Below, in pieces: positions 20,020-29,109 of a DNA stretch of 64,000 nucleotides. Within the stretch, counting starts at the first letter, position 1. Every line of letters begins with the position of its first letter. This stretch comes from Acidobacteriota bacterium (GTDB lineage Bacteria > Acidobacteriota > Vicinamibacteria > Vicinamibacterales > SCN-69-37), in assembly GCA_039933635.1 (NCBI GenBank), contig JBDTNQ010000008.1:2411-66410 (forward strand). The letters run 5' to 3'. Made by a program: the position numbers and the translations under genes. Under the pieces are notes generated by a model. The model searched no databases. It saw nothing but the letters and a program-made list of their open reading frames with translations, and was not told the DNA's origin.

Positions 20020-20622
20020 ATGCGATTTCCTCGGGCTGGCGCCGTTCGGACCCTGGTGCTGTTGTCGTTCGCGCTTTGGGCATCCCCAGCCGGGGCCCAG
20101 ACGCTGACCTATGGTGCAAAGGGTGGCCTGGATCTGACGCGGGTGCACTTCGGATCCTCGTTCGCGCCGGACACCGGAACGTCCGCCGGAGTCGTCGGGG
20201 GCGGGTTCGTTGCAGCCATGTTGGCTCATCGTCTGGTCCTGCGCGGTGAAGTGCTGGTGGCGAACGAACGCGCCGTGTTCGACTCGGTCATCACCGATAC
20301 GATCCGAACGTTGGACGTGCCGATCCTGATTCGCTCTCGTGCGTGGTCCTTGAACGGACACGCGATCGACGTCAGCGGCGGCTTCGTGGCGCGCTGGGTG
20401 CTCGACGCCACTGAAACGGTTGGCGGCGAGTCGTCGTCGATCAAGGGCGGCATCGCCAAGTCCAACCAGGCAGTCGCAATCGGCGGCAGCATCGGGCTTC
20501 TTCGACACGTGACGGCCGACGTGCGCTATTTGCAGGGCCTCAAGGGTGTCTACAAGAAGATTGGTGGCGGGACCGAAGGAAGAACGCGGACGGTGCAAGT
20601 CACCCTGGAGTATCAGTTCTAG
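20020..20622 (+). CDS. outer-membrane beta-barrel (porin-family) protein
   Basis: 200 aa. Signal peptide ..LSFALWASPAGAQ, alternating beta-strand pattern and a C-terminal aromatic residue (..VTLEYQF). Confidence 0.72.
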   Translation: MRFPRAGAVRTLVLLSFALWASPAGAQTLTYGAKGGLDLTRVHFGSSFAPDTGTSAGVVGGGFVAAMLAHRLVLRGEVLVANERAVFDSVITDTIRTLDVPILIRSRAWSLNGHAIDVSGGFVARWVLDATETVGGESSSIKGGIAKSNQAVAIGGSIGLLRHVTADVRYLQGLKGVYKKIGGGTEGRTRTVQVTLEYQF

Positions 20623-20634
20623 GTGATTGGAGAC

Positions 20635-20698
20635 TAAGAGACCGGGTCTTGCAGTTGTGACCAAGAGACCGGGTCTTGTAATTCAAGACCCGGTCTCC
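20635..20698. repeat. two direct copies and one inverted copy of AAGAGACCGGGTCTTG between convergent genes (probable bidirectional terminator)
   Basis: Copies at 20637..20651, 20663..20678 and, inverted, 20684..20698. Copies 2 and 3 form a 13-bp perfect stem with a 7-nt loop. Confidence 0.8.
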
Positions 20699-23391
20699 TA
20701 ACTCAGCGCCTGTGTGACGATCTCTCGCGCGCGGGCCAGCATCGCATCGATCTTGGATGCGTCCTTGCCGCCGGCCTCGGCGAAATCCGGGCGTCCACCG
20801 CCACCGCCTCCGACGATCGGTGCGAGTTCCTTGACCAGCGCCCCGGCCTTGATGGCGGAGGTCAGGTCCTTCGTGACGGACACCAGCACCTGCACCTTGT
20901 CGTCGTGCTCGGCGGCCAGCACCACCACGCCGCGCTTGATGCGATCGCGCAGCGAGTCGGAGAGCCCGCGGAGCGCGTCCTTCTCGAGGCCGCTCACGCG
21001 ACGCGCGATCAGCTTCGCGTCGCCGATGGTAATCGCATCGTCACCCTCCTCCGTCGAGCCGCCGCCGAGCGCGAGCTTCATCTTCAGCTGCGCGTTTTCC
21101 CTGGCCAGGCGCTTGGACTCCGCCTGCAGCTTCGCGATGGCGTCGCCGGCGTCGGCAGCGGGCACCCCGAGGGCTGCCGAGGCGCGGCTGAGTGCTGCGT
21201 CGCGTGCCTGAATGGCGGCCACGGCGGGCGCGCCGGTCAGGGCTTCGATGCGCCGGACTCCCGCCGCGACGCCGGACTCTTCCGTGATGATGAACGGGCC
21301 GATCTCTCCGGTGGCGGACACGTGTGTCCCGCCGCACAGCTCGACGCTGTACCCGGGAATCGTGACGACGCGGACCTTGTCACCGTACTTCTCGCCGAAC
21401 AGGGCCATCGCCCCGGCCTGCTTCGCCTCCTCGATGGGCTTGATCTCCGTGGTCACGGGCGCGTTGCGGTAAACCTGCGCGTTGACGGCCGCCTCGACCG
21501 CGCGCCGCTCGGCCTCGTCGATCGGCTGAAAGTGCGCGAAATCGAAGCGCAGGCGATCCGGAGAGACCAGTGATCCTTTCTGCTGGACGTGCGTTCCAAG
21601 TCGCGCACGAAGGGCGGCGTGGAGAAGGTGCGTTGCCGTGTGATGCCGGCGCGTGGCGGCGCGCGCCTCGGTCTCGACGCTGGCCGTGACGCGGTCGCCC
21701 TGCCTGAGATCACGCAAGACCGACACCTGGTGAGCCCGCGGCAGACCGGTCCCGAGCTTCGACATGGCCGTGACATTTGCGGCGACGGCGTCGCCTCTGA
21801 CCAACTGGCCCGTGTCGGACACCTGGCCACCCGACTCGACGTAGAACGGCGTCCGGTCGAGCACGACGAACCCCGTGGCGCCCGCTGCCAGGTGATCCGT
21901 TTGAACACGTTCGGCGGTGAAGGCGCCGACGACGACCGCATTCGTCACCTCCGTTGAGGTGTAACCTTCGAACGCGTCGGGCGTCGATTCAATCCGCTTG
22001 CGCTCGACGTCGCTGGTGTACGAAAAAGCAGCCGGCCCTTTCTTGGTCTCGAACGCGCTTTTCGACCGCGCGCGGTCCCGCTGGGCCTCCATGGCCTGTT
22101 CGTACGCCGCGCGGTCGATGGACAGGCCGCGCTGCCCCGCGAGGTCTTCCGCAAAATCGTAGGGCACGCCCAGAGAGTCATACAGGCGAAAGACGTCATC
22201 TCCGGACACGACCGTCGATCCGGCAGCGGCCGTGCGCTCCAGCAGGTCCTCGAGCTTCGGCAGGCCTGATGTCAGCACGACGTCGAAGCGTTCTTCCTCC
22301 GCGCGGACTGTTCGCACGATGGCGTCGCGCCCGGAACGCAGCTCCGGGTAGGCGCCACTCATCTCTGAGACAACGACGTCGACGAGGTCGCAAAGGAAGG
22401 GCTGGGTGAACCCGAGCTTCTTGCCGTGCCGCATGGCGCGCCGCATGATCTTGCGCAGGACGTAGCCGCGCCACTCGTTGGAGGGCATCACGCCATCGGC
22501 GATGAGGAAGGTCATCGCGCGCAGGTGATCGGCGACCACGCGCATTGAAACATCCGGATGGTCGCCTCCGCCGGGATAGCTGGAGTACGTCCGGCCTGCG
22601 CGCGCTCCAATCGCGGCAAGAATCGGCGCGAAGATGTCCGTGTCGTAGTTCGAGAGCTTGTTCTGAAGCACCGAGGCGACGCGCTCGAACCCCATGCCGG
22701 TGTCCACCGAGAGCGCCGGCAGCGGGTGGAGGGTGCCCGTCTCGTCGCGGTTGAACTCCATGAACACGTTGTTCCAGATCTCGAAGTACCGGTCGCAGCT
22801 GCACTCCATGCCACGGCAGGTCGATTCGGCGCATGGCGCTTCAGGCCGGTAGTACATGATTTCCGAACAGCGGCCGCAGGGCCCCGTCTCGCCCATCTGC
22901 CAGAAGTTGTCGGCGGAGCCGAGCGCGGTGATGCGATCGGCCGGCACGAATGCCGTCCAGATTTGAAAGGCCTGATCGTCACGGGCGATGCCGTTCTCGC
23001 CTTTGAAAATCGTCGGGTAGAGTCGCGCTGGATCGAGCTTCCAGACCGTGGTCAGGAGGTCCCATGCGAAGCGGATCGCGTCCTCCTTGAAATAGTCGCC
23101 GAACGAGAAGTTACCGAGCATCTCGAAGAACGTGTGATGCCGATGCGAGGGGCCGACGTTGTCGAGGTCGTTGTGCTTGCCGCTGACCCGCATGACCTTC
23201 TGCGCCGTGGTCGCCCGGCTGTAGTCGCGCCGTTCCTTGCCGAGGAAGAGGTCCTTGAACTGGTTCATCCCGGCGTTCGTGAAGAGCAGGGTCGGATCGT
23301 CGCCCGGCACGAGCGATGCCGACGGCACGATCCGGTGCCCGTGGGCGGCGAAGTAGTCCAGGAAACTCTGGCGAATCTCGTTGGCAGTCAT
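20698..23391 (-). CDS. alaS: alanine--tRNA ligase
   Basis: 897 aa. N-terminal MTANEIRQSFLDYFAAHGHRIVPSASLVP..DPTLLFTNAGMNQFK, editing HxxxH motif (HTATHLLHAAL) and a C-terminal DHHA1 domain. Confidence 0.97.
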   Translation of the reverse strand: MTANEIRQSFLDYFAAHGHRIVPSASLVPGDDPTLLFTNAGMNQFKDLFLGKERRDYSRATTAQKVMRVSGKHNDLDNVGPSHRHHTFFEMLGNFSFGDYFKEDAIRFAWDLLTTVWKLDPARLYPTIFKGENGIARDDQAFQIWTAFVPADRITALGSADNFWQMGETGPCGRCSEIMYYRPEAPCAESTCRGMECSCDRYFEIWNNVFMEFNRDETGTLHPLPALSVDTGMGFERVASVLQNKLSNYDTDIFAPILAAIGARAGRTYSSYPGGGDHPDVSMRVVADHLRAMTFLIADGVMPSNEWRGYVLRKIMRRAMRHGKKLGFTQPFLCDLVDVVVSEMSGAYPELRSGRDAIVRTVRAEEERFDVVLTSGLPKLEDLLERTAAAGSTVVSGDDVFRLYDSLGVPYDFAEDLAGQRGLSIDRAAYEQAMEAQRDRARSKSAFETKKGPAAFSYTSDVERKRIESTPDAFEGYTSTEVTNAVVVGAFTAERVQTDHLAAGATGFVVLDRTPFYVESGGQVSDTGQLVRGDAVAANVTAMSKLGTGLPRAHQVSVLRDLRQGDRVTASVETEARAATRRHHTATHLLHAALRARLGTHVQQKGSLVSPDRLRFDFAHFQPIDEAERRAVEAAVNAQVYRNAPVTTEIKPIEEAKQAGAMALFGEKYGDKVRVVTIPGYSVELCGGTHVSATGEIGPFIITEESGVAAGVRRIEALTGAPAVAAIQARDAALSRASAALGVPAADAGDAIAKLQAESKRLARENAQLKMKLALGGGSTEEGDDAITIGDAKLIARRVSGLEKDALRGLSDSLRDRIKRGVVVLAAEHDDKVQVLVSVTKDLTSAIKAGALVKELAPIVGGGGGGRPDFAEAGGKDASKIDAMLARAREIVTQALS

Positions 23392-23455
23392 GCAACTGAC
23401 GATTGTACAAGGCTTCCGGACGCGGGCGGGCAGCGCCGGGTCCAGAGCTTGAGAC

Positions 23456-23938
23456 CTAGTCCTCTCGTCCTCCGAGCGCCTTCAGCACGGCATCCGCCGG
23501 AAAGCCACGGCGGAGCAGGTGCTGAAACAGTCGTTGGCGCTGATCGAGGGGGATGGGTCGCGTGACCTTCTTGCGGACGAGGATCTGTTCGATGGCGGCG
23601 CGGACCTGGTCGGGGGTCAGGTCCGACGTGGCGGCCGAGATGGTGTCTGCGGCCAGGCCGCGGGCCTTCAGTTCCTGGCGGATGCGGAGCGGGCCGCGGC
23701 CCTTGACGTGGCTGGCGGTTCGGACGAAAGCCCGTGCCGCCCGTGCGTCGTCCTGAAAGCCTTCTTCGCGAAGTCTGTCGAGGGCGAGGTCGATGTCGTC
23801 GGCAGAATAGCCGCGGTCAAGGAGCTTCCGTCGAAGCTCCTCGCGGGTGTAATCGCGGCGTCCGAGCAGTCGCAGCGCCACGAGACGCGCTGAGCCGCGA
23901 GGACGTGGCTCCTCGTCGTCTGCGCGGCGCCGCTGCAT
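23456..23938 (-). CDS. recX: recombination regulator RecX
   Basis: 160 aa. Repeated helical RecX pattern (ALRLLGRRDYTREELRRKL..GYSADDID). Position next to alaS as in many bacteria. Confidence 0.82.
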   Translation of the reverse strand: MQRRRADDEEPRPRGSARLVALRLLGRRDYTREELRRKLLDRGYSADDIDLALDRLREEGFQDDARAARAFVRTASHVKGRGPLRIRQELKARGLAADTISAATSDLTPDQVRAAIEQILVRKKVTRPIPLDQRQRLFQHLLRRGFPADAVLKALGGRED

Positions 23939-23939
23939 A

Positions 23940-25121
23940 TCACTTGACGAATCGGTGGACGTCGGCTCCCATGCCGCTCATGACCATCGTAGACGAAGTG
24001 CCGGACGAAATGCCGCGCAGGCGCATCCGGAACTCCTCGACGTTGGTCACCGACCGTTCGGCCTCCGCGATGGTCACAATCCCGTCCTGGACGAGCTTGA
24101 GGATCGCCTGGTCGAAGCTCTGCATGCCGTACTCGGACCCGCCCGCTACGATGGCGTCGGCGATGAGCGAGGTCTTGTCCTGGTCGGAAATGCAGTCCTT
24201 GATGTAGGGCGTCGAGACCAGCACCTCGGCCGCGAGCACGCGACGCTTGCCGTCCGCCGCAGGCATCAGTCGCTGGGACACCGATGCCTTCAGCACACCC
24301 GCCAGCTGGTGCCGAATCTGATCGTGCTGATGTGGCGGGAACACCGAAACGATGCGGTTGATCGTTTCCGGCGCGTTCAACGTGTGCAGCGTCGAGAACA
24401 CGAGGTGACCGGTCTCTGCCGCGATGAGTGCGGTCTCGATGGTCTCGGGATCCCGCATTTCGCCGATGAGGATGACGTCCGGATCCTGGCGAAGGGCGGC
24501 GCGAAGTCCCGACGCGTACGACTCCGTATCCGTCCGGATCTCACGCTGGGTGATGACGCCCTTCTTGTTCCGGTGCACGAACTCGATCGGATCCTCGATC
24601 GTCAGCACGTGGTCGGGACGAGTGCGGTTGATGACGTCAATCAGCGCCGCGAGTGTGGTGCTCTTGCCGCTGCCCGTGACGCCGGTGACGACCACCAGGC
24701 CGCGACGCTCTTCGGTGAGCTTGAGGACCGCCGGGGGCAGCCCGAGCTCCTCAATCGGCGGAATCTTGTCCGGGATCAGACGCATCGACACACCGACCGT
24801 GCCGCGCTGGCGGAACACGCTGGCGCGGATGCGGATGGATTCCGACGCCTGCCACGCGACGTCGACTTCCAGGCGGCCTTCGCTTTGTGCCGAGTCGCTG
24901 GCACGGTCGAGCAAGGCGCCGCCGCGGCCCTGGCCGAGGTAGATCCCCGGCGGCAGCATGCGGCCCGCGATGGCCTCGAGGTGGGCCGGCGTCAACGCGG
25001 CTACCGTGGTCCATTTCTGCAACTCGCCGTTGACGCGGACAAGTGGAGGATGCCCCGCCCGAAGGTGGATATCGGAGGCCTTGCTGGCGGCGGCAGCGCT
25101 GATCAGTTGGTCGAATGTCAT
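23940..25121 (-). CDS. pilT: type IV pilus retraction ATPase PilT family
   Basis: Walker A GVTGSGKSTTLAA, EDPIEFVH, Walker B DVILIGEMRD and His box TGHLVFSTLHT. ATG at 25121 (MTFDQLI..) is preferred over GTG at 25202. Confidence 0.88.
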   Translation of the reverse strand: MTFDQLISAAAASKASDIHLRAGHPPLVRVNGELQKWTTVAALTPAHLEAIAGRMLPPGIYLGQGRGGALLDRASDSAQSEGRLEVDVAWQASESIRIRASVFRQRGTVGVSMRLIPDKIPPIEELGLPPAVLKLTEERRGLVVVTGVTGSGKSTTLAALIDVINRTRPDHVLTIEDPIEFVHRNKKGVITQREIRTDTESYASGLRAALRQDPDVILIGEMRDPETIETALIAAETGHLVFSTLHTLNAPETINRIVSVFPPHQHDQIRHQLAGVLKASVSQRLMPAADGKRRVLAAEVLVSTPYIKDCISDQDKTSLIADAIVAGGSEYGMQSFDQAILKLVQDGIVTIAEAERSVTNVEEFRMRLRGISSGTSSTMVMSGMGADVHRFVK

Positions 25122-25296
25122 GCCTGGAAACTCATACCGGCCGTCATCTGCGGCCAGGCGCTCCGCTGGTGCAAATCGTTTGCCGGAGTCGCCGGGCCCC
25201 ACTCAGACGAGGTGAAAACGCTCCAGGCGTCTGGGCTGGTCCGGATCGATCACAAATCTGGCTGAGTCCGGTCGGAATCTCGCGAAGCGCGAAAGA

Positions 25297-25320
25297 GCCG
25301 GGCCCCCGCGGGGGCCCGGC
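25297..25320 (-). terminator. GC hairpin terminator downstream of ilvE
   Basis: Palindrome GCCGGGCCCCC-GC-GGGGGCCCGGC. It is followed on the minus strand by TCTTTCGCGCTT. Confidence 0.6.
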
Positions 25321-25353
25321 CATCCGTGCTCAGAGTGTGCAGGAATGGACGCG

Positions 25354-26310
25354 CTATCGACGACCGCCGGTGGAGGCGGCTGCGGGAATCTGCACGGGGA
25401 CGAGCCAGCCGTGGCGGTCGGGCACGACGCCGTTGACGTAGTCGAAGAACGCCTGCTGAAGCTTGCCCGTGATCACGCCTCGCCGGCCGGTCCCGATCGG
25501 GGACTTGTCCACCGAGCGAATCGGGGTGATCTCAGCCGCGGTGCCCGTGAAGAAGAGTTCATCGGCGACGTAGAGCGCCTCGCGCGGGATGTCCTGCTCC
25601 TTGACGATGAGCCCGGCATCCTGCGCGAGGGTGATGACCGAGTCGCGTGTGATGCCCGCCAGTCCGCAGGTGGCCAGCGGAGGCGTGTAGAGAATCTCGT
25701 CCCGGATCAGGAAGAGGTTCTGGCCGCTGCCTTCACTGACCTTGCCGAATGAATCGAGTGCAATCGCCTCGTCGTAGCCGTTGGTCACGGCTTCCATCTT
25801 GATGAGCTGCGAGTTCGCGTAGTTCGCCGCGGACTTCGCCATGGGCGGAAAGGTGTTTGGCGCGGCACGCGCCCACGAGCTGACGCACACGTCCGCACCG
25901 CGCTCGAGCGCCTCGGGCCCGAGGTAGGCGCCCCATTCCCACACGAGAATCGCACCCTCGACGGGGCAATTCATGGGATTGACCCCAAGCTCCTTGTAGC
26001 CGCGGTAGATGATGGGCCGGATGTAGCAGGCCTCGAGGCCGTTCGACTGCACGGTGTCGACGACACCCCGCGTCATCGCATCGCGGTCGATGCTGTAGCT
26101 CATGCGGTAGATGCGTGCCGAGTCGTACAGGCGCCGCATGTGGGCGTCGAGGCGGAAGAACATCGAGCCCTTCGGGGTCTTGTAGCACCGCGCGCCTTCG
26201 AAAACGGCCGAACCGTAGTGGAGGACGTGCGACGCAACGTGGACGTTGGCGTCGGTCCAATTGACCAGCTTGCCATTCATCCACACCGTACCGGTGCTGC
26301 TGAAGGCCAT
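25354..26310 (-). CDS. ilvE: branched-chain amino acid aminotransferase
   Basis: 318 aa. WMNGKLVNWTDANVHVASHVLHYGSAVFEGARCY and the class-IV aminotransferase core. Confidence 0.93.
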   Translation of the reverse strand: MAFSSTGTVWMNGKLVNWTDANVHVASHVLHYGSAVFEGARCYKTPKGSMFFRLDAHMRRLYDSARIYRMSYSIDRDAMTRGVVDTVQSNGLEACYIRPIIYRGYKELGVNPMNCPVEGAILVWEWGAYLGPEALERGADVCVSSWARAAPNTFPPMAKSAANYANSQLIKMEAVTNGYDEAIALDSFGKVSEGSGQNLFLIRDEILYTPPLATCGLAGITRDSVITLAQDAGLIVKEQDIPREALYVADELFFTGTAAEITPIRSVDKSPIGTGRRGVITGKLQQAFFDYVNGVVPDRHGWLVPVQIPAAASTGGRR

Positions 26311-26330
26311 GAGTGCGTGACTCCTGACGA

Positions 26331-26362
26331 GAAAAAGCTGCGCCCGCCGGGGTGCGGGCGTC
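26331..26362 (-). terminator. canonical intrinsic terminator after the kinase gene, 21 nt upstream of the ilvE ATG
   Basis: Minus strand reads CGCCCGC-ACCCCG-GCGGGCG-CAGCTTTTTC. Confidence 0.75.
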
Positions 26363-26388
26363 AGTGATGAGACTCGATCTTACTACGG

Positions 26389-27411
26389 CTACTGCGATTC
26401 CCCGCAGAAGGGGCAGCGGTCGGCGCGGCTGGGAAGCGGCTTGCGGCAATGCCAGCAGAACCGGCTGGCCGCGACCTCCCGCGTGCGCGGGCTCGCGGGT
26501 GTACGCTGCCGGACGGGCGGCGGCGGCGCCATGACGTTGCGGGGACCCGAGTCGACGGCATCGCGAGCGGTCGTCGCGACCGGGGCCGGCGTGGCGGGCG
26601 TCCGCTTGACCAGTTCGTGTCTGGCCGCCAGCAGGTCACTCAGCAGGTCCTCGGCCCGCTGGTACCGGGTCGCGACGTCGGCGCGCAGCGCACGAAGGAT
26701 CACGGCGTCGATCGAGGGCGGAATCGCCGGATTCTTCAGCCGGGCTGAGGAGACCAGGGTGCCGCGGCGGAGCTGGTCCAGTTCGCTCGGCGTGGGCGTC
26801 TCGTACGGCAGGACGCCGGTCATCATCTGATACATGGTCACGCCGAGCGAGTACACGTCTGACGCGAAGACCGCACGCCCCTCGAATTGCTCGGGCGCCA
26901 TGTACGGCGGGCTGCCGATGACCGTCGTCCCGTGGGCGGCAATCTCGAGAAAGCGCGACGTGCCGAAGTCCCCCACCTTGAGCAGACCGCGCTCTGTGAC
27001 GAAGACGTTCGCCGGCCGCAGGTCGCGGTGGATGACCGAACTCTTGTGCGCGTGCTCGACGGCGTTCGCAATCTGGCAGGTGTAGTCCAGTGCGAGGTTG
27101 ATGTCCAATGCGCCGCGCTCCGCGATGATGTTCTCGAGCGTCTCGCCGGGGACGTACTCCATCACGATGAAGAAGACGCCGTCCTGTTTCTCCGCCGTGA
27201 TCACGGTGACGATGTTGGGATGGTTCAGGGCGGCGAGCAGCCGCGGCTCGCGAAGGAGTTCGCCGAAGTCCAGCGTCTGCCGGTGCGGCACCTTGAGCGC
27301 GACGCGCTTGTCGATCCATGTGTCTTCCGCCAGATAGACCGTGCCGAAGCCACCGCTGCCGAGCGGCTCGAGGATTCGGTACTTGCCGAGCGTCTGTCCG
27401 CGAAACACCAT
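26389..27411 (-). CDS. Ser/Thr protein kinase with C-terminal zinc-ribbon
   Basis: Hanks motifs GSGGFGTVY, VALK, HRDLRPANV, DFG and APE. C-terminal CWHC..CPFC. ATG at 27411 is preferred over 27537, which would overlap the divergent rsmE. Confidence 0.88.
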   Translation of the reverse strand: MVFRGQTLGKYRILEPLGSGGFGTVYLAEDTWIDKRVALKVPHRQTLDFGELLREPRLLAALNHPNIVTVITAEKQDGVFFIVMEYVPGETLENIIAERGALDINLALDYTCQIANAVEHAHKSSVIHRDLRPANVFVTERGLLKVGDFGTSRFLEIAAHGTTVIGSPPYMAPEQFEGRAVFASDVYSLGVTMYQMMTGVLPYETPTPSELDQLRRGTLVSSARLKNPAIPPSIDAVILRALRADVATRYQRAEDLLSDLLAARHELVKRTPATPAPVATTARDAVDSGPRNVMAPPPPVRQRTPASPRTREVAASRFCWHCRKPLPSRADRCPFCGESQ

Positions 27412-27501
27412 TCGGGAGAGAGTATAAGGCAGGGTGTGCGTGCGACCCGGTTTGCCTGCGGCCGGAACCTGCAGAGGGCAGACTGTCGCCGGAAGGTGTC
27501 G

Positions 27502-28227
27502 ATGCATCGATGTTACGTATCTGAGGTTGTCGGCCACGTCACGGAGTTACCCGAGGATGAGGCCCACCACCTGACACGGGTGCTGCGTGCCGAGCCAGGC
27601 GATGAGGTCGTCGTCTTCGATGGACGCGCACACGAGTGGCTCGGCCGGATTGTGTCGATCGACCGTCGTCGCGTCGTGGTGGATCTGCTCGAGAGCCGCA
27701 CGCCGATGGCCGAGCCGTCTCTGGCGGTCACCCTGGCAGCCGGGCTCTTGAAGGGCGACCAGATGAACACGGTCGTGCGGGATGCCACGGCGCTTGGCGT
27801 GACCGCGATTCAGCCGATCGTGTCGGCGCACGTCGCGGTGCCAGAACGGGCGTGGCGGGATCGGTCCGCCGATCGCTGGCGCCGTGTCGCCGTTTCGTCC
27901 GCGAAACAGTGCGGGCGTGCGGTCGTCCCATCAATCGGCGACATCGCGCGCCTGCTGGACGTGCTGGCGGCGCACGCGAGTTCGACCGTCGTCCTGTGCG
28001 TCGAGCCCACGCGCGCGGGTGCCTCAGCGGCGATCCCGCGACCGTTGACCACCGAGGGGCGTGTGCTGCTCTGCGTTGGGCCTGAAGGCGGATGGGCGCC
28101 GGATGAAATCGGCGCCGCTCAGGAGCAGGGCGCGCACCTTCTCACGCTCGGGCCCAGGGTACTGCGCGCCGAAATGGCTCCGACGGTCGCCCTCACGGCT
28201 CTGTGGACGCAGTGGGGGTGGACCTAG
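27502..28227 (+). CDS. rsmE: 16S rRNA (uracil1498-N3)-methyltransferase RsmE
   Basis: Last 241 aa of ORF 26887..28227. Starts MHRCYV, followed by EAHHLTRVLR, and has a C-terminal SPOUT knot (GPEGGW..E). Confidence 0.85.
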   Translation: MHRCYVSEVVGHVTELPEDEAHHLTRVLRAEPGDEVVVFDGRAHEWLGRIVSIDRRRVVVDLLESRTPMAEPSLAVTLAAGLLKGDQMNTVVRDATALGVTAIQPIVSAHVAVPERAWRDRSADRWRRVAVSSAKQCGRAVVPSIGDIARLLDVLAAHASSTVVLCVEPTRAGASAAIPRPLTTEGRVLLCVGPEGGWAPDEIGAAQEQGAHLLTLGPRVLRAEMAPTVALTALWTQWGWT

Positions 28228-29089
28228 GGGGCGCCGGTTCGACGTTCTCAGGTCCGAGTCTGAAAAGCCCCGCGACCCAGTCTTCCTCGGTGAGTTCGGT
28301 ATCGAACGCCGCCCCTGCGGCGATGAAGGCGGCTACGACTTCGTCGCGTTCCCCTGTCTGGAAACCACTGACGATCAATGCGCCGCCCGGCCTGAGTTCC
28401 GCGACGAGTCGCGCGGCGTACTTCATCAACATGCCGCCGGTGAGATTGGCGGTCATCACGTCGTAGCCCCCCGTGGCCGGGTCGCGCGCGATGTCGACCG
28501 GCCGCGTCGCGACAGCCGCGCGCACGCCGTTGAGGTCGATGTTCTCTTCCGCGGATGTCAGCGCGTCAGCGTCGTAGTCGATCCCAAGCGCGATCGTCGC
28601 ACCGAGCCGATGCGCGGCAATCGCCAGTACGCCGGAACCCGTCCCGACATCGAGGACTGAGGTACGGTCCAACTCGATTTGCTGAAGGAGCCCGAGGCAT
28701 AAGCGCGTCGACGCGTGATGGCCCGTGCCAAAGCCCATCGATGGCTGAATGACGATCACGATGTCGCCGGGAGCCGGCACCGTTGCGATCCACGGTGGCG
28801 TCACGATGATGCGGTTGATGCGGACGGCCGTGATCGAGGCCTGACTGCGTTCGGCCCAGCCTTCGTCGGGGACCATGAGCCCTTCGACACGGAGGCCGCC
28901 CAGAGCCGCAGCGCACGTCATGGCGAGATCGCGGTCCTGTTCCGATGCGAAGAACAGGCGAGCACCGGCCGCAGTCCGCTCGATGGCCGTGGCGCCGCAG
29001 TCATCGAGGTGAGCGAGCGCGAGGTCGACCTCGTCCTCCTCGGGTTCGTGCGGCCAGATGAGGTCGAGTGCGGCGAACATGCGAGACAT
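28193..29089 (-). CDS. prmA: ribosomal protein L11 methyltransferase PrmA
   Basis: 298 aa. IQPSMGFGTGHHASTRLCL and DVGTGSGVLAIAA motifs. Sits downstream of dnaJ, as in the Bacillus dnaK operon. Confidence 0.88.
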   Translation of the reverse strand: MSRMFAALDLIWPHEPEEDEVDLALAHLDDCGATAIERTAAGARLFFASEQDRDLAMTCAAALGGLRVEGLMVPDEGWAERSQASITAVRINRIIVTPPWIATVPAPGDIVIVIQPSMGFGTGHHASTRLCLGLLQQIELDRTSVLDVGTGSGVLAIAAHRLGATIALGIDYDADALTSAEENIDLNGVRAAVATRPVDIARDPATGGYDVMTANLTGGMLMKYAARLVAELRPGGALIVSGFQTGERDEVVAAFIAAGAAFDTELTEEDWVAGLFRLGPENVEPAPPRSTPTASTEP

Positions 29090-29109
29090 AGGAAGGGGAG
29101 ACCTGCCCC

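Noticed and set aside
23940-27411. PilT ATPase, Ser/Thr kinase and the distant PilZ/sigma-54 element as one signalling system
   Set aside because: The genes are separated by unrelated housekeeping genes (ilvE, and more than 25 kb to PilZ). They have independent terminators and show no operon structure.
26887-27501. N-terminal extensions of several plus-strand ORFs: 26887 (rsmE), 17295 (lptE), 50759 (small ORF), 52413 (PilZ), 57991 (GntR), 59720 (uxaA-N), 40010 (carA), 41163 (carB), 34221 (ArgH-like)
   Set aside because: The extensions overlap neighbouring real genes or add residues with no counterpart at the family N-terminus. Internal ATG/GTG/TTG starts reproduce the canonical N-termini (MHRCYV for RsmE, [M]PKRTD for CarB read from TTG, MKRVLLL plus lipobox for LptE).
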